A DNA stretch of 64,000 nucleotides from the human T2T-CHM13v2.0 reference genome, Homo sapiens: the NCBI RefSeq assembly GCF_009914755.1, contig NC_060932.1, one strand, 5' to 3'. Each line of letters opens with the position of its first letter. The stretch's first letter is position 1. This document shows positions 1-11,779 of the stretch, piece after piece. Below the pieces are notes generated by a model. That model had not been told where the DNA came from. It made no database searches and saw only the letters and a list, made by a program, of their open reading frames with translations. The position numbers and the translations under genes are program-made.

Positions 1-1167
1 CAGTGGAATCCTAGAGAAATAACTGAAAAAGAAAAGATGCCAATTGCAAAAAAAAGTTTTGACATTCAGATTCTGTCTTGAATAAAGATAATTTGCAAAG
101 TTCAGCAAGAATTCTTAACTATAACATCTGTTGATAACTCCAAGTTATATAGATTTCACAAATGTATAAAATACATAAAATTATCATTTAACTGTGCTTC
201 AAACAATTCAACTCTTCAACTTGAAGTAAAATTTTTGTTTCCCGATGTGCAGAAGTAAACCTGGAAAGTTCTTTAAAAAGAGAAGATTTGCATTGAGCTT
301 TAAAGTAATTTTGAAGGAATATTTATAATTTTAGTTATTGCTAGGCATCGTTCAGGAGATCTAGACTAAATGCACCCCATCTATCCGCCACTTATAGTCC
401 CAGAACAAGTCATTTAACCTCAACATGACTTAATATTTCTCCTCTAAAATATATACAATATAAACAGGGTATTGGATAGTTAACTAAATTCACTCAGGAG
501 CTACATACCTTACTCTTGCAATGCAAAACAGTTTAAAAAGTTTTTTTGCCTCCACTTAATCAAAAATCACAAGATTTCATGGACCTTTGGAGTTTTGTTT
601 TTTGAGTAGTGAAAGTCTGGGATGCTAAAGTGGTGAATACCAAGAGTCCATGCTATAATGCTGGTCCATTTTAAATGTTCAGTCTGTGAGTGTACACGTA
701 TTTGATGCTAAGCATGGGACCTTAATAAAAATTACTATCAGGTCAATATTGAGCCAAGAAAACATCACAGAAATCCCATAGAAGAGAAACTCAAATTTAG
801 GAAAATCCACCTCAGCCTGCTCTTTTAAAATACTTTATGGAAGATGCTAGGGAGGAACAGAAGCTAGAGTAAGATTTAAATAAATGATAGATTGATAGCT
901 CTAATGCTAGAATTTTTTTTACCAGATATTTCTTTTTCCTTAAAGTTCTCTTTCTATTAGCAGTTTCTATCTGCTTTTGAGTGATTTATTGGAACTACTT
1001 TAATTTCCCCCAGCTGTCACAGCTGAGTGAACTAACAGGCCTTTGAGAGGTTAACCACATCCCATTACAATTATTGCTTTTGTATCCAATTAGAGCACCT
1101 AGGTCTAGCATGGATATTGGCATAAATTAAAGTAGGTGACAATCATGCACTTAAAAACAGGAGAGAT

Positions 1168-1205
1168 GTGTGTGTGTTTGTGTGTGTGTCTGTGTGTGTG
1201 TGTGT
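1168..1205. repeat. (TG)n microsatellite, imperfect
   Basis: Run tgtgtgtgtgtttgtgtgtgtgtctgtgtgtgtgtgtg seen directly. Confidence 0.95.
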
Positions 1206-3514
1206 TTGGAAATGGGTGGGGTAAAAACTTGCACCCTTATTGAAAATCTTCAAAGAGATTTAGAAAACAATATACTTTTTTTGTTATTCACCTTTTTAAA
1301 CAAATATATTGATTTTTCACAATTTAATCTGTGGTGAATAAATATTGCTATAAAGCCTCCTGATCTTAATAGTTCTAGCCACAATAGATATTTTCTTCTC
1401 AGTAGGGCCATTGGGAAATATGCCTTTGTCAGGTCTTTTCTTCCAATTATATGCTATGGCACATACAGAGAAGATAAAACTTGGCCTCTGACCTCTGCAG
1501 TTTTACTATGGGTTGGTTTTCTCATTTCTGCATTGCTGACTTTTGAAATAGAGGCAATGATTTCCTTTGTGACAATCAATATTTTTAAAAAATCAATTTC
1601 GTTAATGCCTTTTCATTATTATATTCACCAGCAAAAGACAGTTTATTGCAACTAATCATTTAGAATTGAAGAGACTTTTGTATTCTCTCTACCTTGCTTA
1701 CACACACCTTCACACATACAATTTTATTCCCAAGATGTTACATCTTTGTTTCCTAACAACTTTATTTTATTCTGAAATAAACTCAGGTAATTGGATCAGG
1801 ATATTTCTCAGCAGGGCTAAATTTGTTTCTAAATATTGCCAGCTCACTTCCAAATTTTCAATAGGTTGTTGCCACATCTATGCTGAAAACAAAGACAGAC
1901 TTGGTATTTAATAGAATATTTCTTTGTGTGTGTGTGTGTTTCCCATATCACCAACTCATTTCTTTACCTTGGGATTCTTTCACTCCATGTATACCACCAA
2001 TTAATCAGCAATTGTGTGCTAAGATACTTCTTTCAGCCCTCCTATAACATACAAAATATGGTAAATATTTCTTGGTAAATGCATAAGTGTTGTGTTGCAT
2101 GTTGATTCTAGACAGTATTGATTTATATTGAAGTCAGTCTCTTGCTTTATTTACCTTTTCCTTTGACTCAGTCAGCACAGCCTCATGACAATCAGCTGAA
2201 CAGTGAAAGTTCTCTTTATCTGTTAGTGAGTTTGTTTACACAGGACTAAAATACTATTTTGACTAGTTGTTTTGTCACAGTTAAATGATGTAAGTTTTAG
2301 TGGGAATTTAATTTGGGGCAGTAGCATTGAATAAAGAAATTCACTGTTGTGATAAAGACAAAATATTTTAAAAAGAAATATTCAGATCTATATGTTTTGC
2401 TATAATTAATAATTAAGACACAAGACAATAGCATTTTTTTGAAACTCACAAAAAAATGTAATTATCGTCTTGCAGTAGAGGCAGTACATGGCATTTAAGT
2501 AGAAGACCTGGCATTGCAGTTCAGGCCTGTATCCCACTCCCTGCTCTGTCATAAGTTTGTATGATTTTACTATTTTTTTTAAAAAGAAAAACTGTTTTAC
2601 TTTTCTTTTGCAAGATAAATTTAAAGAAAATCTACTTTATCAAGTCCCTCTATTTTACATATTGACTCAAGTACATCCTTTATGACTAATAATTTGAAAT
2701 AAAAATGATTTTTTTAATCTGGGGAGGAGGTAAAGGAACTAATTATGAAATATATATTAAAGTGAATTGATCCAGTGAGCCACTGAATTTGAGGTGATGT
2801 TTCTATTTCACTCTGCACTACCTAGACCATATGCTATCAGGAGCCAGTAAGAAGTAGAGAGAGGGCCCTCCTTCTCTTGGCTGGAGAGGCTGCACCTGAA
2901 CTGATCTTTTTATATAATCAGATAAAACTCTGTTCTTCTCACGGACTCCAAAGTCTTCCATTGTTGGACACATAGTTTTCCAAGCCAACTCTTGCAGCAT
3001 TGAATTCCAGAATAATTGGAGTTCAATTCTCTTTTCATTCAGAAGGATAAACAACACATATAGTAGACAGGATAACAAAGAGAGGACAGAATTCTTCCAC
3101 TCAGAGACTCATTATGTGTCCACCAGTGCCTGGGTCCAACTCGTTTTCTGTGGCTGATAGAAGAAATGAGAGGCCTTGATCTTTTGTTGGAAGAGATGGA
3201 ATCATGAACTATGATTAGGGAATAAAATGAGTAATTGATACCAAAATAGTCTGTTCACCTTATTTCTTAATGTTTGCTATATGATAGACATAATGGTGGT
3301 AAGGAAAATACAAAAGAGTCCTTGTTTTTGCTAAGGGAAATTGGGGAGGGTGATATAGAGAAGTGAAAAAGCAACTAGAATGCTAAGAGCCCCAGGATAA
3401 CTACCAATTGCTATAGTTGTTTTAAAGTCTCTCACAAACTTGCCCCAATCCAGGTTAAAAACAATCACATCCCCCAGTGTTGAAAGCCAGCTACTCTAAA
3501 TCTTCTTCCTTCCT

Positions 3515-3708
3515 TAACATTTACTGAGTAATTTGTATGTGCTGGGCGGTGTGATCAATAACCAAATTTTGCCCCTGTATAAGGGAAGTGCTATCACAAG
3601 TGTACAGAAGAGAAAATCAAGGCTTGGGGTGGTTGCAATCACACAGTTGGAGGCCTCTGAGCCAGGATTTGAAACCAAGTAGTCTGGCTCCTAAGCTCTT
3701 AGTCACTG
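3515..3708 (-). mobile_element. MIR SINE fragment
   Basis: taacatttactgag... tacagaagagaaaatcaaggct... gagccaggatttgaaaccaag...tctggctcc resembles the antisense MIR core. Confidence 0.7.
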
Positions 3709-3904
3709 AATGAAATTGCATGGTGTGTGTGTGGTTGGGAAATAACATTCCTTCTTACATGCGCATGACTTTGAATTTTCACTCGGACATCTTGTGCTGT
3801 ACATGTCATGGGAGCTCACAATTATGCATTTATTTTAGAGCTATCTTTAGCTGCAGGGCATTTCAAGGTGCCAGTTACTTAAATTCCCTTTTTCTACCAG
3901 AGTA

Positions 3905-4270
3905 ACAGAGCGCATTTAATCAGACAGTATTCTAAAGGGAAAGCCTGGCAACTAAGGGCTCCTCTCCCATGATCACTCAGGGTCAGAATTAGACTGGATT
4001 AAATACCGACGGATATCTTGCGAATCGGAGGGGTGGAGCGCCATCTCCAATTGCCATATTTGGCTTACATTCCAAACTGAGATGGCAAATTCTATGGATT
4101 CCGTTGCATGCTTTACCATACCAAACATGGCGGCTCTTCTCCCTGATCTTCCCTGTTTATTATTCCCCGGAGTTATTACAAAGAGCAGGTTGAAATACCC
4201 TTATAATTCCCTGGGCTAATAAAGAAGCACCAGTACTAAAGTATTTCCATTGGCCGCATGATCTCCCTGG
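3905..4270. promoter_or_regulatory. Candidate enhancer/promoter-like element
   Basis: About 10 CpGs in ~350 bp of non-repeat DNA; perfect CArG CCATATTTGG 4054-4063; YY1-like AACATGGCGGC 4124-4134; reverse CCAAT box (ATTGG 4249-4253). Motif evidence only. Confidence 0.45.
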
Positions 4271-5124
4271 AGAAACATAGCACTTCTAGTCTTGCTCCAA
4301 TGCCACTTTATGTTCCCATTCTACATTTCCTTTCTTGAATGGAAGAGAAGAATGAATGTTAAACAAGAAGGGGGTCAGAGAGAGGAAGAGTTGCATACAA
4401 ATACAAGGACAGGGATGAAAGGAAAGGGAGGAGACAGGGAATATACCTCCTGAAGAGACACTGAGCCATGTTGCTATGGCATAAACCTCCAGTTAGGTAA
4501 ACATATTAAAGTGCACTTATATCCATAATTTCTTTCTTAAAAGGGGGAAGCAAAAGATGTTTGGAGAAGGAGAATAGTCAAGAAGATGAAAATAATGACT
4601 AATGTTGTTCTTGTTACCTGTTTGCCAGTCTCACTCAAATGAGGATGACTATTTAGAGTAATATTGAATTATAGAAAGCTTTATGTGATTATAAGCCCGA
4701 GAAAGAAGCACCCAAACGTACATGTAAAAGGTGGGCTAATGAGAGGCAAAGGGAAGGAAAGATGAAGGAGAGAAGGAAAATAAGGAAATGCCAGTTATTA
4801 GTTTAGAATACCCGAATACCACTCTTCTTCTTCTAAAATATTTAATTGTGAAAATAACTTTATTCTTATCTTAGAAATTTGAAAACAATACATTTTGCAT
4901 TATGTTATAAATCAGAAATGGGAACACTTTATTATTGTTTATCAATTTTGTAGAGGAGAAAAAATTGGGATCATAGCAATAAAAAAATGCTTGCTTTATT
5001 TGCTTTTGAAGATAATAAAACATTAATTTATACACTTAAAAATTAATCATTAGGACATTAAACACTATGAAATGAAAATACCAGATTTAACTTATTCTAT
5101 CTTTAAATTAATTACAGACAACCA

Positions 5125-5360
5125 CAGTTGCTAACAGTATGAGTTCTGCAGTTATACAGAACTAAGTCCATTAGCTGTGTGACCCATGGCCAAATATTTT
5201 CCTTCTCTGTGCCTGCATTTCTTCATCTGCAAACTGGAATAATGATAGCAACTACTTCAGAGGACTATGTGAGTATTAAATGAAGTAATCCTTGTGATGA
5301 GTTTCTCAGAATGCCTTGCATATGATAAATTCTTAACATGTGTTGGCTTCATCATTATTT
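5125..5360 (+). mobile_element. MIR SINE
   Basis: ttagctgtgtgacc...ttctctgtgcctgcattttcttcatctgcaaactggaataatgatag...gtgagtattaaatga matches the MIR core and 3' end. Confidence 0.85.
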
Positions 5361-5382
5361 TGTTATTTTATTATATATATAT

Positions 5383-6085
5383 TTTTAAATTTTAACAGCT
5401 TTATTGAGGTATAATTGATATACAAAGAACTGCACATATTCAGGGTGTATAATTTGATGAATTTGGATGTATGCAAATACCCACACAACCATCACCACTC
5501 AAGGTAATAGATGTATGCAACTTCTCCAAGTTTTTTTGTGTCCCTTTGTTTTTGTTTTCTTTCATTTTCCTGGGAAGAACACCTAACAGGAAATCTACCT
5601 TCTTAACATATGATCCAGCAATACCACCTCTGGGTATATATTCAAAGGGATTGAAATCAGGATCTCAAAGAGACATCTTCATTCCCATGTTCATTGTAAA
5701 ATTAGTCACAATAGCCAAGATATGAAAACAACCTGTTTCCATTGACAGATAAATGCATAAAGAAAATGTAGTATACAATGGAATTATTCATCCTTAAAAA
5801 AAAGAAAATCCTGCCATTTGAGACAACATGGATGAACCTGAAGGACATTATGCTAAGAGAAAGAAGCCATTCAAGAAGGGTAAATAGTTTATTATTACAC
5901 TTATGTGAGGTATCTATAATAGTCAAACTCATAGAAGCAGAGAATATAACAGTGGTTGTCAGGGGCAAGTTAAGAGAGGTGAGGAGTTGTTCAATGGTTA
6001 TAAAGTTTCAATTATGCTACATGAATGAATTCTAGAGATCTACTATACAGCTAAGTGCCTATGGTTAAAAATACTGTATTGTGCT
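5383..6085 (-). mobile_element. L1MA9-like 3' fragment with 5' inversion (5383-5609 minus, 5608-6085 plus)
   Basis: The antisense L1 terminus cagctttattgaggtataattgatatac is joined directly to sense ORF2-end/3'UTR catatgatccagcaatacc...tactgtattgtgc. Confidence 0.85.
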
Positions 6086-6572
6086 TATCATTATTATTTT
6101 GAAGAAAATATTAAAAAGTATATTATGGTCACTTTAAGGTCAACAACAGATAAGCCACCAAAGTAAAGTATCATTTTTAAAAAACCTCAAGAAATAATCG
6201 AAGCTATTTCAGCAAGACTTTAAAAATTCATTTCTAACTATGGAAATCTCATGGGATTCAGAGGACTATAATGAAATCCTAATAAAGCTTGTTGTTCTCC
6301 ATAATTAACCAAATAAAATCAAATCCTTCCTGAAATTTGGTAGCTAGAAAATTATTCTAAGCTTAACTCTATGCTAGGCAGGCCAAGTTATCTCAGAAGT
6401 GGTTTTGTAGGCTACAAATTTAATAACCGATATATTCAATAATTTATAAGGCAATGGGCCAAATCTTTGGCAGTGATTTTCTTATTTTCCCACAGCTGAA
6501 GTTTCTGGAGAATTGCTCTCATATTAGAAAAAAAATACAGTAAGTGGAACTGCTTATGAAGAATATATTGTT

Positions 6573-7933
6573 TTTGTCTTTAAACCACTTTATTCAGGTA
6601 TGATTGACATGTTTAAAAACTGTACCTATTTTATATACAATCTCACAGTGACTTTGGAGATAAGTATAAACCCATGAAATCATCACCACTACCAAGGCCA
6701 TAGTACACCTGTCATCTCCCAAAGTTTCCTCCCAGCTCCTTTATTATCATTATTGGGATTTTTGTTGTTGTTGTCACTGTTTTTCGATATGGACAATTAA
6801 CATAAGGTAGATCTTACCCTCTCAGCAAATTTTAAGTATAAAATGGAGTTTTGCTAGCTATAGGCACTACACTGTATAGTAGATTTCCAGAAATTACTTC
6901 TCTTACATATAACTGGAACTTTGTACCCTTTAACTACCACCTCCCCAATTCTCCCATTTTCCTAGACCCTGGCAAGCCCCATTCTACTCTATCCCTCTAA
7001 GAGTTTGTTTTAGATTCCACACATAAGTGAAATTGTAGAGTATCTGTTTATTTTGTGTCTGGATGACTTCATTTAACAGAATACCCTCCAAGTCCATCCA
7101 TGTTGTCTCAAATGACATGATTTTCTTTTTTTAAAGGCAGGGTAATATTTCATTGTATGTATATACCACAGTTTATTTTTCCATTAATCTACCTATGAAC
7201 ATTTAGGTTGTTGCTCTATCTTGCCTATTGTGAATAATGTTGCAATGGGCACGGGCTTGCAGATGTCTTTTCAAGGTCCTAATTTCAATTTATTTGGATA
7301 TATACCCAGAAGAGGGGCTGCTGGATTGTACAGTAGTTCTATTTTTAATTTACTGAGGAATCTCCATACTGTTTTCCATAATTGCTACTCCAATTTCCAT
7401 TCCCATCAACAGTATACAAGGATTCCCTTTTCTTCACATTCTCTCCAACACTGGTTATTTTTTGTTGTTGTTGTTGTTGTTTTTTTACTAGTAATAGCCA
7501 TTCTAACAGGCATGAAGTGATATTTCATTGTGGTTTGGGTTTGCATTTTCAGAAAAACAATAGAAAAGATCAATAAAACAGAAGGGTTGGTTTTTTGAGA
7601 AGATAAACAAAGTTGACAAATCCTTAGCTGGGCTAAGAAAAAAAGAAGACTCAAGAAAAATTATAAATAAAATAGAATGCAAATGATACTATAGAAATAC
7701 AAATGATCATAACAGACTATTATGAGCAATCAAATACAAACAAATTGGATAACCTAAAGTAAATGCATATATTTCTAGAAATATACAAGCTACTAAGACT
7801 GCACCATGAATAAACAGAGAATCTGAACAGATCCATAATGAGTAAGGATATTTTTTCGGTAATCAAACATCTCCCAACAAAAAGACGCTCAAGACCAGAT
7901 GGCTTCAGTGGTGAATTCTACCAAACATTTAAA
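6573..7933 (-). mobile_element. L1MA8/9-like element with inverted ORF2 piece (6573-7548 minus, 7549-7933 plus)
   Basis: Antisense 3'UTR and ORF2 end, then sense ORF2 ending ...ccagatggcttcagtggtgaattctaccaaacatttaaa; degenerate TSD gaagaatatattgtt (6558-6572) / gaggaatatgttgtt (7934-7948). Confidence 0.85.
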
Positions 7934-8025
7934 GAGGAATATGTTGTTAATAAATATTTTCTCTTTTTTTGAGTTTTTCTCATCACCAATTCAGGTTCAG
8001 TAGTCTCAGACAGGTGATATCTGTC

Positions 8026-8783
8026 TACACTAGTTTATAATATGGTTTGGCTGTGTCCCCACCCAAATCTCATCTTGAATTGTAACTCCCACAATTCCCA
8101 CGTGTCATGGGAGGAACTCAGTGGGAGGTGATTAAATTATGGGGGCAGGTCTTTCTTGCACTGTGCTCATGATAGTGAATGAGTCTCATGAGATCTGATG
8201 GTTTTAAAATGAGAGTTTCCCTGCACGTTATCTCCCTTGCTGCTGCCGTGTAAGAAGTGCCTTTCACCTTCCACTATGGTTGTGAGGCCTCCCTAGCCAC
8301 GTGAAACTCTTAAGTCTATTAAACCTCTTTCTTTTGTAAATTTCCCAGTCTTGGGTATATCTTTATCAGCAGTGTGAAAATGGACTAATACAGTCTAGTT
8401 CACCAGATAAAGCAGAACCATTAGGAGATACATACTGAGAAATTTGTTACAAGAAATTAGCTTATGGGGAATGCCTAGAAAGTTCCAAAATCCATAAGGT
8501 GAGTCATCAGTAAGGGAAGAATGGGACTATTGGGCATAGGTGGAAGCTGTGGTCCACAAGCATAAGTTTATTCTCAGGAATGCCTCAGCTCTGCTTTTAA
8601 AGCCTTTCAACTAATTAAATCAGTACCCACCAGATTATCTAGTAAAACCCCCTTTACTAAAAGTCAACTGATTTTAGGATTTAATTACATCTACAAAATA
8701 GCTTCATAGCAACATCTAGATTGGTACTTGAATAACTAGAGGATGAGGCCTGGCCAGGTTGACACAGTAAAACCACCACCATA
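8026..8783 (-). mobile_element. MLT2 LTR (3' LTR of provirus), interrupted by THE1
   Basis: cagaaccattaggagat... aaagtcaactgatt...acatctacaaaatagcttcatagcaacatctagatt matches antisense MLT2C/D. Confidence 0.85.
8038..8392 (+). mobile_element. THE1 solo LTR (THE1A/B-like, ERVL-MaLR)
   Basis: tatggtttggctgtgtccccacccaaatctc...ggactaataca termini; TSD gttta / gtcta. Confidence 0.92.
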
Positions 8784-8882
8784 GTCCACCTGTCAGTCTG
8801 GCACCCATTAACATTCCTAAAGTCAAACTCTAAATAAAGTGAGTAACAAAGTCATGCATCCACCCAAAATAACACAACTGTC

Positions 8883-9222
<340 letters not shown>

Positions 9223-9660
9223 TGCTTTTTTTTTTTTTTCCACAAAAGAACATATACTTACCTTTTTCCCAGAAGAGGACTCCAAATCCTTGGATGATGT
9301 TCACTCTCCTCCTTTGATATCCTGTAACTTACTGCAAAATAAAGTTAACAGCCATTTAAGGGAATAAGACAGGGAAGAAACTTTTAAAAAATGGTTAATA
9401 AGATATGCAAACATATTCAAAATAAAATAAGGAAGGAATACGTATAACTCTTACAATCCTTGTTTCTGTAACTGGTCATGCTCTTGTAGCTGGTATTTAT
9501 AACTACTTTCTTCCTGTACTCTTTTGATATTCCCTTTGCCCTCAGCAAGCAGTGCTGCTAGTCATGGTTCTTTGCCTGGTGAATTGAACCAAACTTTCAT
9601 GCCTGAAGCATTCGTCCACTAGCAGTTCTGCCTGGATTGGGTTGTGGGTATCCATTGATT

Positions 9661-9816
9661 TGACATGGTTTGGCTCTGTTCCTACCCAAATCTCATCTTG
9701 TACTGTAGTTTCCATAATCCTCACGTCATTGAAGGTACCTGGTGGGAGGTAATTGAATCATGGAGGTGGTTACCTCTATGTTATTTTTGTGATAGTGAGT
9801 GAGTTCTCACAAAATC

Positions 9817-9855
<39 letters not shown>

Positions 9856-11487
9856 GTGGAGTCTCGCTCTGTTGCCCAGGCTGGAGTGCAGTGGTGCCAT
9901 CTCGGCTCACTGCAATCTCCACCTCCCAGGGTTCACACCATTCTCCTGTCTCAGCCTCCCGAGAAGCCGGGACTACAAGCACCTGCCACCACACCCGGTT
10001 AATTTTTTGTATTTTTAGTAGAGACAGGGTTTCACCATGTTAGCCAGGATGGCCTCGATCTCCTGACCTCATGATCTGCCCACCTCAGCCTCCCAAAGTG
10101 TTGGGATTACAGGCATGAGCCACCGCGCCAGGTGGTTTTATAAGGGAATTTTCCCCCACTTTGCTCTGCACTTATCCTTGCTGCTGCCATGTGAAAAAGG
10201 ATGTGTTTGCTTCCCCTTCTGCCATGATTGTAAGTTTCCTGAGCCCTGTGTCCCAGCTGCTCCAGCGGTGACTAAAAGAGGCCAAGGTATAGCTCAGGTC
10301 GTTGCTTCAGAGGGTGCAAGACCCAACTCTTGGGTTGGGTCTTGGCGTTGGTGTTGGTCCTGCAGAGGCACATAAGACAAGAATTGAGGTTTGGGAACTT
10401 TCGCTTAGATTTCAGAGGATGCATGGAAATGCCTGGATGTCCAGGGAGAAGTTTGGTGCAGGGGTGGAGTCCTCCTGGAGAACCCCTGCTAGGTCAGTGC
10501 AGAAGGGAAATGTGAGGTGGGAGCCACCACACAGAGTCCCCACTTGGGCACTGCCTAGTGTGGCTGTAAGAAAAGGGTCACCATTCTCCAGAACCCAGAA
10601 TGGTAGATCCACAGACAGCTTGCACCATGCACCTGGAAAAGCCACAGACACTCAATGCCAGCCATGAAAAAACCCAAGAGTGGGGCTGTACCCTGCAAAG
10701 CCACAGGGGCAGAGCTGCCCAAGATTGTGGGAGCCCATCTCTTGCATCAGTCTAACCTGGATGTGAGACAGGGAGTCAAAGGAGATCATTTTGGAACTTT
10801 GCAGTTTAATGACTGCCCCGTTGAATTTCAGACTGGCATAGGTCCTGAACCCCCTTTGTTTTGGTCAGTTTCTCCCATTTGGAATGGGTGTATTTTCTCA
10901 ATGCCTGTCCCCATTATATAGCTAAATTGCTTTTGATTTTACAGGCTCCTAGGGACCTGAGAAAAGGCACTTGTCTTGTCTCAGATGTGACTTTGGACTT
11001 GGACTTTTGAGTTCATGCTAGAATGAGTTAATACCTGGGAGGACTGTTGGAGGGACATGATTGTGTTTTGAATTTTGAGGACATGAGTTTTGTGAGGGGC
11101 TAGGGTGGAATGATATGGTTTGGCTATGTTGCCAGCCAAATCTCATCTTGAACTGTAGTTCCCATAATCCTCAGGTGTTATAGGAGGAACCTGGTGGGAG
11201 GTAAGTGGATCATGGGGGCGGTTACCTCCATGCTGTTCTCATAATAGTGGGTGAGTTCTCATGAGATATGATGGATTTTTAAGGTGCTTTTCTCCAACTT
11301 CGCTCTGCACTTTTCCTTGCTGTCGCAATGTAAGGAAGGATGTGTTTGCTTCCCCTTCTGCCATGATTGCAAGTTTCCTGAGGTCTCCCCAGTCATGCTA
11401 AACTGTGAGTCAATTAAACTTCTTTCCTTTATAAATTACTCAGATTTGGGTATGTACTTATTAGCAACGTGAGAATGGACTAATACA
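9661..11487 (+). mobile_element. THE1D-like MaLR provirus, internally deleted (5' LTR 9661-10243, internal 10244-11110, 3' LTR 11111-11487)
   Basis: Two THE1D-type LTRs; internal ccctgtgtcccagctgctccagc...; purine tract gaggggctagggtggaa immediately before the 3' LTR. Confidence 0.9.
9820..10132 (-). mobile_element. AluY/Sc-type Alu inside the THE1D 5' LTR
   Basis: Long pure poly(T); gggttcacaccattctcctg and ttagccaggatgg are Y/Sc-type diagnostics. Confidence 0.93.
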
Positions 11488-11559
11488 GGTTTTAGCTATA
11501 GGATGTGGGAGACATCATAAAGAATTTCTTACATTTAAAAAATCTTATTTCCCGCCATG

Positions 11560-11770
11560 TGTAGTAGCGACCCAGCATCCCCTTAATAATCAGAATCTAT
11601 TATCCCAGACAATAGATTAACTTCCTCTTTGTATATTGATTAGGAAGGACAAGGAACCCAAAATGGGTAGGTAGTAGCCTCAACATCCATTTTGCTGCAA
11701 TCATTGTTCTGTCTCCTGGTGGAAGTATTTCTCCTTTTGGAACAAAGATCTGTAGACCATCATAGGCTAC
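11560..11770 (-). pseudogene. ERV-L dUTPase remnant
   Basis: ORF track 11600-11848 reads FVPKGEILPPGDRTMIAAKWMLRLLPTHFGFLVLPNQ, typical of ERV-L dUTPase located after integrase. Confidence 0.8.
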
Positions 11771-11779
11771 AGTTGAGGA

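Noticed and set aside
2164-2177. AP-1/MAF-like TGACTCAGTCAGCA
   Set aside because: A single short motif without supporting context; expected by chance in 64 kb.
2818-3078. 86-aa minus-strand ORF in non-repeat-looking DNA
   Set aside because: Non-ATG start, no recognisable domain and no convincing splice pair; could be an unrecognised old repeat.
10302-10921. Cluster of GC-richer ORFs
   Set aside because: THE1 internal sequence, frameshifted MaLR ORF remnants.
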